Positions 55,070 through 64,000 of a stretch of DNA of 64,000 nt are shown here, one piece after another. The position numbers and the translations under genes were made by a program. This DNA comes from an uncultured Anaerolineales bacterium (GTDB lineage Bacteria > Chloroflexota > Anaerolineae > UBA4142 > SHND01). The notes beneath the pieces were generated by a model, which saw nothing but the letters and a program-made list of their open reading frames with translations, did no database searches and was not told the origin of the DNA. The stretch spans positions 41,336 to 105,335 of the forward strand of contig CAYXXF010000021.1 of NCBI GenBank assembly GCA_964469005.1, given 5' to 3'. Each line of letters begins with the position of its first letter. Positions within the stretch are counted from its first letter, which is position 1.

Positions 55070-57130
55070 TTACTTGTAAATCGAATCTTGATGCAAATAG
55101 ATAATGCGGTCGTATTTGCCTTCGTCAGTTGGCGACACCGTCTTGGGTTCCCATCGAACTTGGAGCTCGATACGTTTCAAACCATTTTGCTGCCATTGCT
55201 CAATCAGCAATTTCGCATGCGGTTTGGGCAATCCATGATGGATATCACCGTCTTGCCATAACTTGTCACGCCGCTCGATTTCTTGCTGCATCGCCGAGAG
55301 AATGCGTTCAAACTCTGTGTAGGTTGTACTCGGTTTGGAATAATTTACGAGGTCGTATTCGCCATCGGGCAAATTTTGATAACCCAAGCGACGAATTGGA
55401 CCCCAATCATCGGGCACCAACGGAACAGGGGGCAGAACGCCTTCTTCGGGAATGAACGTCTGTCCGACTTCTACCGCGGGCGGCGCAGTGACGCCATAGA
55501 ACGGCGTGCCTTGATACCAAATGACCATCATGAAAATCGTGGACAAGACCGCGACCGCGACAGTACCTTTACGATTTTTGAATAGCTGACGACTTGGTTT
55601 TGTGCCCCAGAATTTTTCCCACCACTCGTTAATGTACGGAACGCCCAAGAACAACGCGGGAATAATCATTGTGGGGATGATGACGCCCTGCCATGCAGGG
55701 CTGTCATAACCACAAACGAGACACACCAGCGGATTGTTCACGTAACCTTCGGCGGTTTGTACGCCCATCGCGAGGAGACCTTGATTCAACCCAAAGTCCA
55801 ACGCGCGGATGGCGGGCAACACGAACGCATCCTTGAGCAAACCCTGAATCCACAAGAAATACCACGGCGCCGTCGTATGGAGCGGCGTATGCAGTGGGTC
55901 ACTGTGCTCTTGCAGTGGGGCATGGAAAACCCACGCCGAATAAGCAATCACAAGAAAAGTTGCAATGGCTGCCCACAACAATTCGCGCGTGAACAATTCG
56001 GGTAAATAATCAATACGTTCTTTTGCCGCTTTGCGTACTGCAGGGTCAGGCGATTCTTCTTCGCCCGCCGGAACCGAGATACCATGTGACCGCGCCACAC
56101 GATAGTAATGCACCGAAATCAAGACGAGCGTGATGGCAGGCAATGCAAAGACGTGCATCAGATAAAAGCGCAACAGACCATTCTGATTGATAGTGTCACC
56201 ACCACGCATGATGAGGTTCGAGAGATAGCCGACGATTTCTTTGGGCGGAACCGATTTTGCCATTGACGTGCCAATGGTCACTGCCCAGTATGCCAATTGG
56301 TCCCACGGCAGCAGATAGCCGCTAAACGAAAGCGCGAACGTTAGGATTAACAACACGACGCCGGTCAGCCATGTAAATGTTCGAGGTGGCTTGAACGAGC
56401 CGGTTAAAAAGACGCGCGTCATGTGCAGTACAACAATCAGTACCATCAATTCCGCGCCGACGCGATGCAAGTCGCGCATGAGCTGTCCAAACGGCACCGC
56501 GCTCATGATTTTTACAATGTCTTCATACGCGCGGCGGTCTGACGGTGTATAAAACACCATCAGGATTACGCCGGTTATCGTTTCGAGCAAAAACATGTAC
56601 GCGGACAAATAGCCCAAGCCCCACGTGTGCGAAAACTTGGTCGAAGATTTTTCATAGTACTTGGGGCGGATGTGCGCGAAAAACGCGTTAACGTGAATTT
56701 TGTAGCGCGGGTTCGGTTTTTCCACAGCAGGGTCGCCGCGAAAAAATGCCCGCGTGTCCGCAATGCCCATGCCTGCTGTGACAGCGCGTACGGTGTTGTC
56801 CGCTTGCTGCCACGCGACCTCTTTGGTTTTTTCGATGAGCTCGGTGCGCCCCTCGGGACTGGTGCGCGCTTTTTCGAGCCACGGAATCAGCTCTTTGATG
56901 GCGTGCGGTGATTTTTCTTTGGCAACTTCGAGCAGGCGTTCAGGCATTGTCTGTGAAGTCTTGACCTCAAACAACTCGGCACCCGTGTCGCCGTTGCCTG
57001 GTGCAGAAACATCGTCATGACCGTTCGTCCCATGACCGTTTGCATCATGCCCATTCGTATGACCGTTGCCGTTGGCTGCGCCATTTCCGTTGCCGGTCTT
57101 TTTCTTGATCTGACGGTTAAATAAACCCAT
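55070..57130 (-). CDS. Cytochrome b (fused b/subunit IV) of a bc-type complex
   Basis: TGVILMVFYTP, RDLHRVGAE, LHMTRVF, GYLLPWDQ.AYWA.TIG, RFYLMHVF.LP, TPLHTTAPWY. Extended N- and C-termini. Confidence 0.92.
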   Translation of the reverse strand: MGLFNRQIKKKTGNGNGAANGNGHTNGHDANGHGTNGHDDVSAPGNGDTGAELFEVKTSQTMPERLLEVAKEKSPHAIKELIPWLEKARTSPEGRTELIEKTKEVAWQQADNTVRAVTAGMGIADTRAFFRGDPAVEKPNPRYKIHVNAFFAHIRPKYYEKSSTKFSHTWGLGYLSAYMFLLETITGVILMVFYTPSDRRAYEDIVKIMSAVPFGQLMRDLHRVGAELMVLIVVLHMTRVFLTGSFKPPRTFTWLTGVVLLILTFALSFSGYLLPWDQLAYWAVTIGTSMAKSVPPKEIVGYLSNLIMRGGDTINQNGLLRFYLMHVFALPAITLVLISVHYYRVARSHGISVPAGEEESPDPAVRKAAKERIDYLPELFTRELLWAAIATFLVIAYSAWVFHAPLQEHSDPLHTPLHTTAPWYFLWIQGLLKDAFVLPAIRALDFGLNQGLLAMGVQTAEGYVNNPLVCLVCGYDSPAWQGVIIPTMIIPALFLGVPYINEWWEKFWGTKPSRQLFKNRKGTVAVAVLSTIFMMVIWYQGTPFYGVTAPPAVEVGQTFIPEEGVLPPVPLVPDDWGPIRRLGYQNLPDGEYDLVNYSKPSTTYTEFERILSAMQQEIERRDKLWQDGDIHHGLPKPHAKLLIEQWQQNGLKRIELQVRWEPKTVSPTDEGKYDRIIYLHQDSIYK

Positions 57131-57204
57131 AACAATTCCCTCCGGCGAAAAGCATTCTTTTGCTCTACAAGCCGTGGTGCGACGTAATCCTCGCGATGAA
57201 AAAT

Positions 57205-57867
57205 TTATCCGTGTGGTTTGCCTAAAATGATTTTACCTGTATTCACGACCAGATTTGCATTCGGGTCAGGAATGGGAAGGGGGTCACCTGCCGCATTCGT
57301 CTCGGCAAGCACATTGCCATCCGCGTCCTTAAATTGAATCACAAAACGATCCAACGAGCGCGGCGCCGGTCCTTCAATATACGTTCCGTTTTTCTGGTAT
57401 TTGGAACCGTGGCAAGGGCACTCGAAACGCGTTGTGACCGGCTGCCATCCGTACAAACAACCGAGATGGACACAAACATTGTAAAGAGCTACAACGCCTT
57501 GGTCGGAATTGGAAATCCAACTGCGCGCGGGTGTGTTGTTGGCAGGCGCTGCATCCGTTGGCGGAACGACGTTACCTGCCTGCCCTAAATCAAAGATACC
57601 GCCAAACTCACCTGCGCCGAAACGTGGGAGCGCAAACATAAACGTTGCGCCGCCCAGAGCGACAAAGAAAATTCCGAGCGAAGCGAGAAACGCATAATTC
57701 AAAAATTCGCGCCTTGTGACGGGCGCTTGAATCATTGCCAATTCCGCCGTTGTCGGACCGGCATTTTTTGCTTCTTCTTTGTGCCCTGCCGCAGGTTTGG
57801 GTGCGGCTGCGGGCGCGGGTTTTGCCGCAGGAACTGCTTTTGGAGTTGTTGCAACTGCATCAGCCAT
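57205..57867 (-). CDS. Rieske 2Fe-2S subunit
   Basis: TAT-like TRREFL plus TM, CVHLGC, CPCHGSKY, GPAPRSL. Start reassigned to MADAV (GGTGA RBS). Confidence 0.93.
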   Translation of the reverse strand: MADAVATTPKAVPAAKPAPAAAPKPAAGHKEEAKNAGPTTAELAMIQAPVTRREFLNYAFLASLGIFFVALGGATFMFALPRFGAGEFGGIFDLGQAGNVVPPTDAAPANNTPARSWISNSDQGVVALYNVCVHLGCLYGWQPVTTRFECPCHGSKYQKNGTYIEGPAPRSLDRFVIQFKDADGNVLAETNAAGDPLPIPDPNANLVVNTGKIILGKPHG

Positions 57868-58112
57868 ACCATCACCACCTATTGAACACACAGCATTCAA
57901 TGGAAGAACCATGAATGCTGCGACAGTACAAGAAAATGTATCGAGGACGATGCGAGGATTCGCGTATGTGTATTCGTGCCGATTAGCACAAGCGGCATTA
58001 TAGCACAAACCTTTTTTTAATTCAATAGTGAAATTATTTGCAAACGAAAAGCAGATTGACAATTCGCAAATCGCGTATAGCATGTTGCAAATCAGAAATC
58101 CAAGATTCTCTT

Positions 58113-58206
58113 GGGGGTAGTTTCGTCCCGGTGGGCGGCGCGGTCTTCAAAATCGTTGCGAGGCGGTGGTACCGTCTTGGGTGGGTTCGACTCCCATCTA
58201 CTCCCG
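58113..58206 (+). tRNA. selC: tRNA-Sec (UCA)
   Basis: 8-bp acceptor stem (GGGGGTAG/CTACTCCC), G discriminator, 6-bp D stem with 4-nt loop, anticodon loop CTTCAAA, long variable arm, 5-bp T stem with TTCGACT. CCA is not encoded. Confidence 0.95.
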
Positions 58207-58212
58207 TTTTGG

Positions 58213-58245
58213 AAACGTGACAGAATTCCGAATCCTGTCACGTTT
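58213..58245. terminator. Palindrome between tRNA-Sec and the convergent permease (family A variant)
   Basis: AAACGTGACAG-11 nt-CTGTCACGTTT. The same 11-bp arms occur in the DGR spacer. Confidence 0.65.
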
Positions 58246-59272
58246 TCGCTCGACGTGTCAACGCGATTTGCAATCCCAAGAGCAAAACACCCAACGCGCT
58301 GACGTACCACAACACATTCCGCGCTCCCGTGAACGCGTCGCCAATCGCCAAACGCGCAATCGTCGTTAGCGGCGAAACGCCCAACAGAAAACTCGCGCCC
58401 ATTCCTCCAATCAACAATAGCGCGTACACGAATTGTGCCTGCTCGCGATTTTTGAATGCGACTGCCACAATCGCCGCCGCCGTCGAAATGATTCCCGCCA
58501 GTGTGCCGCCCATCACGAGCAATAAAGGAATGTGATGCAATTCCGTGCGATTCAACGTCAACAACCCCAACCACAACGCACATTGCAAAAGCGCCAACGA
58601 CACTGCCGCGAAAATTTTCGCGCCCACAATCGCGCGCAGTGACAACGGCGCGGCAAGCAGCGTTTCGAGTGTATTCATTTCAAATTCTTCGGACAAGGAA
58701 TCGGCGACGAGATTGCCCGCGACAAACGCGGGAAAAAACATCAGCACCGGCAAAATCACCGAATACAAAAATTCAAACGTCGTTGGCGGCGCGCCTTTTA
58801 AATCGGTGTAACGCACCGTCAAACCATTTTCCGCGCGCAACTTGTTTTCGTACTGTTTGAGCGGCTCTTGCAAAAGCAATTGAATCAACGAAGCGCGCGC
58901 TTCGGCACGCGGCACAAACAACTGCAGCGTCACAATTTCGTTTTGCGCGCGCGGCGCAACAATCGCCGTATCAATTTGGTTTTCCTGATACCCTTGTCGC
59001 GCTTGTTCCAATGAATCAAATGTCACGACACGCAAACCGCGCGCTTGCAGCAACGGCGTCAACGCGTCGCTCAATTCTCCGACGACACCCACGCGCACAT
59101 TCACGCGCGTCGTCGCAATCACCGAATCGGGGTCATAGAGTGAAAGCAAGCCCAACAACAGCGCGGACGAAAACGATGCTATAAACAATTGAATCGCAAT
59201 CGCAATCAAAATCGTGCGCTCGCGCGCGACGCTCGCCAACTCGCGTTTCACCAACGCCCAAAATGGTTTCAC
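58238..59272 (-). CDS. ABC-2-type transporter permease
   Basis: VKRELASVARER, SEEFEMNTLETLLAAPLS..IVGAKI. Confidence 0.85.
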   Translation of the reverse strand: MKPFWALVKRELASVARERTILIAIAIQLFIASFSSALLLGLLSLYDPDSVIATTRVNVRVGVVGELSDALTPLLQARGLRVVTFDSLEQARQGYQENQIDTAIVAPRAQNEIVTLQLFVPRAEARASLIQLLLQEPLKQYENKLRAENGLTVRYTDLKGAPPTTFEFLYSVILPVLMFFPAFVAGNLVADSLSEEFEMNTLETLLAAPLSLRAIVGAKIFAAVSLALLQCALWLGLLTLNRTELHHIPLLLVMGGTLAGIISTAAAIVAVAFKNREQAQFVYALLLIGGMGASFLLGVSPLTTIARLAIGDAFTGARNVLWYVSALGVLLLGLQIALTRRAKT

Positions 59273-60852
59273 AACGCGCCTCCCACAATCAGCGCGTTGT
59301 ACGCCGTGTGCAGCACTATGCCCACCGCCAATGCAAACACATAGCGCACGCGCAACCGTTGATACAACACGACGACAATCGCCGTAAAAAGAAAATGCGC
59401 GGTCAACGGTACAATTAACAGTCCTGTATTAAACAGCGCGCCCGAAAGATATGCTTGCGAAACGATGCTCACCGAAACAAACGTCAAGATTTTTTCGCCG
59501 AGCAAAAACCCCAGCGCAGACAAGAACGACAAAAAAATTACTTGGCGCGTTGAATGAATTTCCTTGCGTTCAATCAATACCGCAATCCCCATGGTCTTGA
59601 CAATTTCTTCTACCGCCGCCGAGGCGAGCAGCGCTGCGCCCAACAACAAGCGCAACGGCAGATTCGTCGCCACCGCGAGAATAATCAATTGCGCCAAGTA
59701 CACGAGCGGCACGACGCCGACGCTCAAAATAAAAATGGAACGCGCGGGATGCGCGCGGTCCATCACCCAATACAACGCGTCCGCGACTTTACGCGTCAAC
59801 GGATAAAAGGTGTTGAGAAATTCTTCGTGCAGCAAACGCGAGGCGACAAAGATTGTCACACCAAAAACCAAAAGCATCGGCAGTGACGGAAACAGATATT
59901 CTTGCCAACTGAACGCTTCGCCGCGATACATTTTCACTGCGAGCGTCAACGGCGACATGAACGCGAGTTCCGACAAATCGGTGAACATCGCGGGAAACAC
60001 CAAATAAACCGCCGTCATCGTCGTCACAAACATTGCAATAAATGTCGTGTCTTGAAACGTGCGATAAAACAACGGCACCATCAAGTAAATTGCAAAAATA
60101 AAAAGGGATGTTGGCACAAAAATCGCGAGCGCCAAACCGACATGCGCGCGCGTCAACAACGCAATCACAATCGTCGCCGCCGTTGCAAACACAACATACG
60201 GCAGCATTTTGCCCGTGATGATTTGAAATGGCGTGAGCGGCGCGGACAATAACAGTGTGAGCCGCCGTTTGATTTTTTCGTCCATGAAACTGCTGGTAAA
60301 AAAAATGCTGATGAACGTCAACGGCATGATGTACAAAAACGAAACAATCACTTGTCCAAACGGCGTCGGCGGCACTTGGAGTGAAGGGATGAACGGTTCC
60401 TGCGGCGCGGGATTCTCGGCGTCAATGTAATTCACCTGCACACGCAAGGGAAATGCGCGCGTGATTTCGTTCGTCGCGGCAATTTCCAAAACTTGCTGCC
60501 GCGCCAAATAACGCTTGAGCGCGCCCAACGCGTATTGTGATTTAATGTCCTCACGCGACAACACGGTATCGCCATTCACGACAACATCCACCGCGCGCTG
60601 CGTCAACAAATCTTCTGCCGCGTTCGTTTCCAACGGCATCGCCACGAAACGAATGTCTTGAATTGACGGCGCGTCACTTGTCACCGCGACGCGATACAAT
60701 CCATAGCCCAACGGCGAAGTGTCGCGCAGCGCGAACCCGAGCAGTCCCAAGCCCGCAATGAGAATCAACACCGCAAGCGGCGAAACGCCGCCGCTAAAAC
60801 GCTGTTGCAAGCGTCTCACTTCACGCAGCGCAATTGTCCAGATTTGTCTCAT
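59269..60852 (-). CDS. ABC-2-type permease with C-terminal PrsW-like membrane domain
   Basis: MDEKIKRRLTLLLSAPL..IITGKMLPY. C-terminal AAVEEIVK..HFLFT..LHTAYN. Confidence 0.8.
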   Translation of the reverse strand: MRQIWTIALREVRRLQQRFSGGVSPLAVLILIAGLGLLGFALRDTSPLGYGLYRVAVTSDAPSIQDIRFVAMPLETNAAEDLLTQRAVDVVVNGDTVLSREDIKSQYALGALKRYLARQQVLEIAATNEITRAFPLRVQVNYIDAENPAPQEPFIPSLQVPPTPFGQVIVSFLYIMPLTFISIFFTSSFMDEKIKRRLTLLLSAPLTPFQIITGKMLPYVVFATAATIVIALLTRAHVGLALAIFVPTSLFIFAIYLMVPLFYRTFQDTTFIAMFVTTMTAVYLVFPAMFTDLSELAFMSPLTLAVKMYRGEAFSWQEYLFPSLPMLLVFGVTIFVASRLLHEEFLNTFYPLTRKVADALYWVMDRAHPARSIFILSVGVVPLVYLAQLIILAVATNLPLRLLLGAALLASAAVEEIVKTMGIAVLIERKEIHSTRQVIFLSFLSALGFLLGEKILTFVSVSIVSQAYLSGALFNTGLLIVPLTAHFLFTAIVVVLYQRLRVRYVFALAVGIVLHTAYNALIVGGAL

Positions 60853-60884
60853 ACCGTTCTTACCTTTATCATAGCGCACTCACC

Positions 60885-61760
60885 ATGATTCATCTCGACC
60901 ACGTTACCAAAAAGTATCACGATTTCACCGCCGTTGACGATTTGAGTTTGCAGGTCGCGCGCGGTGAAATTATCGGCATCATCGGACACAATGGCGCGGG
61001 CAAAAGCACCACGCTGAAAATGATTGCGGGTTTGATTGCGCCGACACGCGGCAGCATTTATATCATGGAGCGCGACATTCAGAAACACAGCGTCGCGCTC
61101 AAACGTCAAATCGGTTATCTCCCCGAAGAGAGTCCGTTGTACGAAAACATGTCCGCGCGCCAATATCTTTTGTTCTTTTCCGAATTGTACGATTTGCCGC
61201 GCGCCGCCGCGCAGACGCGGATTGATTCCTTACTCACCTCCTTGCAATTGCAAGACCCTGACCAATTGATTGGCGAATACTCGAAAGGCATGAAACGCAA
61301 AGTCGCAATTGCGCGCGCGTTGCTGCATGACCCGTCGCTGTTGATTCTCGACGAACCCAATTCGGGACTCGACCCGCTCACGTCGTTTTTCATCATTCAT
61401 TATTTGAAATCACTCAAGCACGAGCAGAAAACGATTTTGCTTTCGGCGCACAATCTATTTCACGTCGAATACGTGTGTGACCGCGTCGCCATCATCAAAG
61501 GCGGCAAACTTGTCGTCTTTGATACAATGGATGCGATTCGCGCGGGTTTGGGCAAACGCGAATTTCAAATTGTCTTTCGCGCGGACGAAGCGCTCGAGTA
61601 CGAACGACGCGACGGCAATTACGTTTATCGCACGCACGAAATTGATGCGATTGCGACACTGCTCGAAAAAATTTCCGCGCGCGGTTGGGCATTGATTGAT
61701 TTGTCTGTTCACGAATCCGCGCTCGAAGAAATCTATGTCAAACTGATGACCACCAATTAA
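60885..61760 (+). CDS. ABC transporter ATP-binding protein
   Basis: GHNGAGKST, YSKGMKRKVAIARALLHDPSLLILDEPNSGLDP, LSAH. Confidence 0.93.
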   Translation: MIHLDHVTKKYHDFTAVDDLSLQVARGEIIGIIGHNGAGKSTTLKMIAGLIAPTRGSIYIMERDIQKHSVALKRQIGYLPEESPLYENMSARQYLLFFSELYDLPRAAAQTRIDSLLTSLQLQDPDQLIGEYSKGMKRKVAIARALLHDPSLLILDEPNSGLDPLTSFFIIHYLKSLKHEQKTILLSAHNLFHVEYVCDRVAIIKGGKLVVFDTMDAIRAGLGKREFQIVFRADEALEYERRDGNYVYRTHEIDAIATLLEKISARGWALIDLSVHESALEEIYVKLMTTN

Positions 61761-61770
61761 GACGGTTCGG

Positions 61771-61829
61771 GACACGGATTTCACAGATGTACACAGAAAA
61801 AATCTGTGTCCTCTGTGGTATCTATGTCC
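61771..61829. repeat. Inverted array of degenerate ~9-mers
   Basis: ACACGGATT TCACAGATG TACACAGA-AAAAA-TCTGTGT CCTCTGTGG TATCTATGT. Confidence 0.65.
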
Positions 61830-61845
61830 TCACTCGCTACCTCTC

Positions 61846-62793
61846 GTGACCTCTATTCTCTCTCTTGAGTCTGCTTTGGATTCTTTAAGCGTGGGGACAA
61901 AAGCCACTGCGCTAGGCGAATTGAAACGCGCGGGATTCAACGTCCCGAATGGTTTCGTTCTCACCACGAACGCATATCCCGAATTTATCGCGCCGCTCGC
62001 GGAAAAAATCCGCGCGCGTCTCACCGACGATGTGATTATGGACCCCGCCGAAATCGAAAGCGCAGCGACGGAGATTCGCGCAGAAATCACCGCGCAAACC
62101 TTCCCCCCCCCCTTGCGCGCCGCGCTGGAAAACGCCCTCACAAATTTTTCCGAAGCGGAACGCGCGTCACTGATTGCGCGCACATCAACGCCTTCGGATG
62201 ATTTGGCAACCTCATTCGGCAGCGGCGTTGCACGCGCGTATCTCGGACTCGTCGGTGTGGACGAAATCGAACGCGCCGTCGCAAAATGCTGGGCAGCGTT
62301 ATGGAACTCGCGCTCGATGTACTATCGCTTTCGCAAAAAAATTGTGCAAACGGAAGTGGCGCTCGCGGTGTTGGTGCAGCCCATGATTCGCGCCCACAGC
62401 GCGGGCGTCATGTTCACGCAAAATCCGATGACGAATGATTCAAATGAATTGCAAATCAAATCGGTCTGGGGTTTGGGCGTTCCCGTCACGAGCGCGCGTT
62501 TTCGACCCGATGAATTTCTGGTGAACAAAACAAGCGGGGAAATTTCAGACCGCACGATTGAAGAACAAGTCGTGAAACTCGTCGTCGGGACGGATGGTCA
62601 TATTGAAGAACACGCGGTTGCGGAATCCCAAATCAACGAACCAACATTGACCGACGCACAAATTAAAAATCTCGCCGCACTCGGTCAGCAGGTTGAAAAA
62701 TTTTTCAACGCGCCGCAAGATATCGAATGGGCAATTGTGGGAGATGAGATTTTTGTATTGCAGGCGCGGGCGATGGGTATTCGGAATTCGTAA
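61846..62793 (+). CDS. Stand-alone PEP/pyruvate-binding (PPDK_N, ATP-grasp) domain protein
   Basis: VGTKATALGEL..GFNVPNGFVLTT, ARTS..DD..SF, AKCWAALWNSR, VLVQPMI..SAGVMFT.NP, PQDIEWA..ILQAR. No His-swivel domain. Confidence 0.85.
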   Translation: MTSILSLESALDSLSVGTKATALGELKRAGFNVPNGFVLTTNAYPEFIAPLAEKIRARLTDDVIMDPAEIESAATEIRAEITAQTFPPPLRAALENALTNFSEAERASLIARTSTPSDDLATSFGSGVARAYLGLVGVDEIERAVAKCWAALWNSRSMYYRFRKKIVQTEVALAVLVQPMIRAHSAGVMFTQNPMTNDSNELQIKSVWGLGVPVTSARFRPDEFLVNKTSGEISDRTIEEQVVKLVVGTDGHIEEHAVAESQINEPTLTDAQIKNLAALGQQVEKFFNAPQDIEWAIVGDEIFVLQARAMGIRNS

Positions 62794-62859
62794 AAAAAGT
62801 TACGAATTGAGACGCGCGTTCGTAGTGGTTTTCAAAAAATCATCAAGGAGAAGAAACCG

Positions 62860-63843
62860 ATGGAATATACGCGCTTAGGGTCAACCGGCTTGAAGGTCTC
62901 GCGCATCTGTCTCGGCTGCATGGGATTTGGAGACGCGACGCGTTGGGTCCACAAATGGGTCCTCAACGAGCAAGACAGCCGCCCCGTCATCAAGCAAGCC
63001 CTCGAACTTGGCATCAATTTTTTTGATACCGCCAACGTTTATTCCATTGGCGCGAGCGAAGAGATTCTCGGGCGCGCGTTAAAAGATTTTGCGAAACGCG
63101 ATGAGGTTGTGATTGCCACCAAAGTGCATGGCAAAATGCGTGAAGGTCCAAACGGAGGCGGCTTGTCGCGCAAAGCAATTTTGAGCGAGATTGACCACAG
63201 TTTGAAACGACTCGAAACGGATTACGTTGACCTCTACCAAATTCACCGTTGGGACTATGAAACGCCGATTGAAGAGACGATGGAAGCGTTGAACGATGTG
63301 GTACGCGCGGGCAAAGCGCGCTACATCGGCGCTTCCGCGATGTGGTCATGGCAATTCCAGAAAGCTTTGCACGTCGCCGAGAAACATGGCTGGACGCGCT
63401 TTGTCTCGATGCAGAATCACCTGAACCTCATTTACCGCGAAGAAGAACGCGAGATGCTGCCACTTTGCCGTGAGGAAAAGATTGGAGTGATTCCGTACAG
63501 TCCGCTGGCTTCGGGAAGATTGACGCGTGACCGAGATGCGGCGACTACGCTTCGTTCTGAAACAGACCAAATCCAAAAAATGAAATACGATGCGTCCGCC
63601 GAAACGGACCAAACAGTCATTGCGCGCGTCGCGGAAATTGCAGAAAAACGCGGGGCGTTGCGTACTCACATCGCGCTGGCGTGGCTCTTGCAAAAAGAAC
63701 CGATTACCTCTCCCATCGTCGGTGCAACCAAACTGTCGCATCTCGACGACGCGATAGGCGCGCTTGCCATTAAGCTCACACGTGAAGAAGTCGCTTATTT
63801 GGAAGAACCATACGTGCCGCATCGCATCGTCGGACATCAGTAA
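62860..63843 (+). CDS. Aldo/keto reductase
   Basis: LKVSRICLGCM, FFDTANVYS.G.SEEILG, DYVDLYQIHRWD, GKARYIGAS, IPYSPLASG, PIVGAT. Confidence 0.95.
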   Translation: MEYTRLGSTGLKVSRICLGCMGFGDATRWVHKWVLNEQDSRPVIKQALELGINFFDTANVYSIGASEEILGRALKDFAKRDEVVIATKVHGKMREGPNGGGLSRKAILSEIDHSLKRLETDYVDLYQIHRWDYETPIEETMEALNDVVRAGKARYIGASAMWSWQFQKALHVAEKHGWTRFVSMQNHLNLIYREEEREMLPLCREEKIGVIPYSPLASGRLTRDRDAATTLRSETDQIQKMKYDASAETDQTVIARVAEIAEKRGALRTHIALAWLLQKEPITSPIVGATKLSHLDDAIGALAIKLTREEVAYLEEPYVPHRIVGHQ

Positions 63844-63902
63844 CAACACACGCCGCGACTCACAGAAGCGATTTGTTTTTGATGCAACTATAGAAAAAGA
63901 GC

Positions 63903-63938
63903 CACCTGCCCTCAAATTGAGAGCAGGTGTTTTTATTT
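63903..63938 (+). terminator. Rho-independent terminator
   Basis: CACCTGC.CTCA-AAT-TGAG.GCAGGTG followed by TTTTTATTTT. Confidence 0.75.
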
Positions 63939-64000
63939 TCTGTGCGCGAAAAATTATTCCGCCGCAACCGCACTCGACATCTGTGCACTCACCGGCACGT

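Noticed and set aside
54070-55104. Long antisense ORFs (e.g. 54070-55104, 22373-23527, 25639-26805, 16151-17047)
   Set aside because: They are shadows of well-supported genes on the opposite strand, with no recognisable motifs.
58113-61760. Genomic island integrated at tRNA-Sec
   Set aside because: No integrase and no duplicated tRNA 3' end. Downstream genes have host-like composition.
1-64000. Additional VR copies or second DGR targets in the window
   Set aside because: By eye I found no other RGGS..GFR-type 3' end or TR-like sequence. A computational TR search of the window and genome is still needed.

Overview
Chromosomal window from a bacterium that is probably Chloroflexota (Anaerolineae-like). 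This is inferred from the expanded GT-C/DUF2723 membrane glycosyltransferases, the DUF11 surface protein, Uma2 and the absence of outer-membrane genes. Most of the window is housekeeping and envelope genes: glnA, lepA, mtaB, ansA, a Rieske/cytochrome b/diheme cytochrome c operon, tRNA-Sec, an ECF42-type sigma locus, many glycosyltransferases, a MoxR-vWA pair, an RNase/barstar pair and an ABC transporter. The standout is a complete, apparently intact, non-phage diversity-generating retroelement (DGR) on the minus strand at about 22.7-27.4 kb. Its order is unusual: promoter, TR, structured spacer, target, RT, avd. TR (27269-27380) and VR (24350-24461) align without gaps over 112 bp with 18 mismatches, all at TR adenines. 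The target is an 897-aa NLR-like protein (N-terminal TM helix, NACHT, HEAT, FGE/C-type-lectin-fold domain). avd is translationally coupled (ATGA) to a lipoprotein that looks like a copper amine oxidase lacking its copper ligands, followed by a propeller-like protein and a 1144-aa DUF11 surface protein. The window also carries several dispersed short palindromic and 7-10-mer repeat families, many apparently leaderless genes, and a recombination scar of the ansA 5' end. Domain names come from motif recognition by eye, not from database searches.
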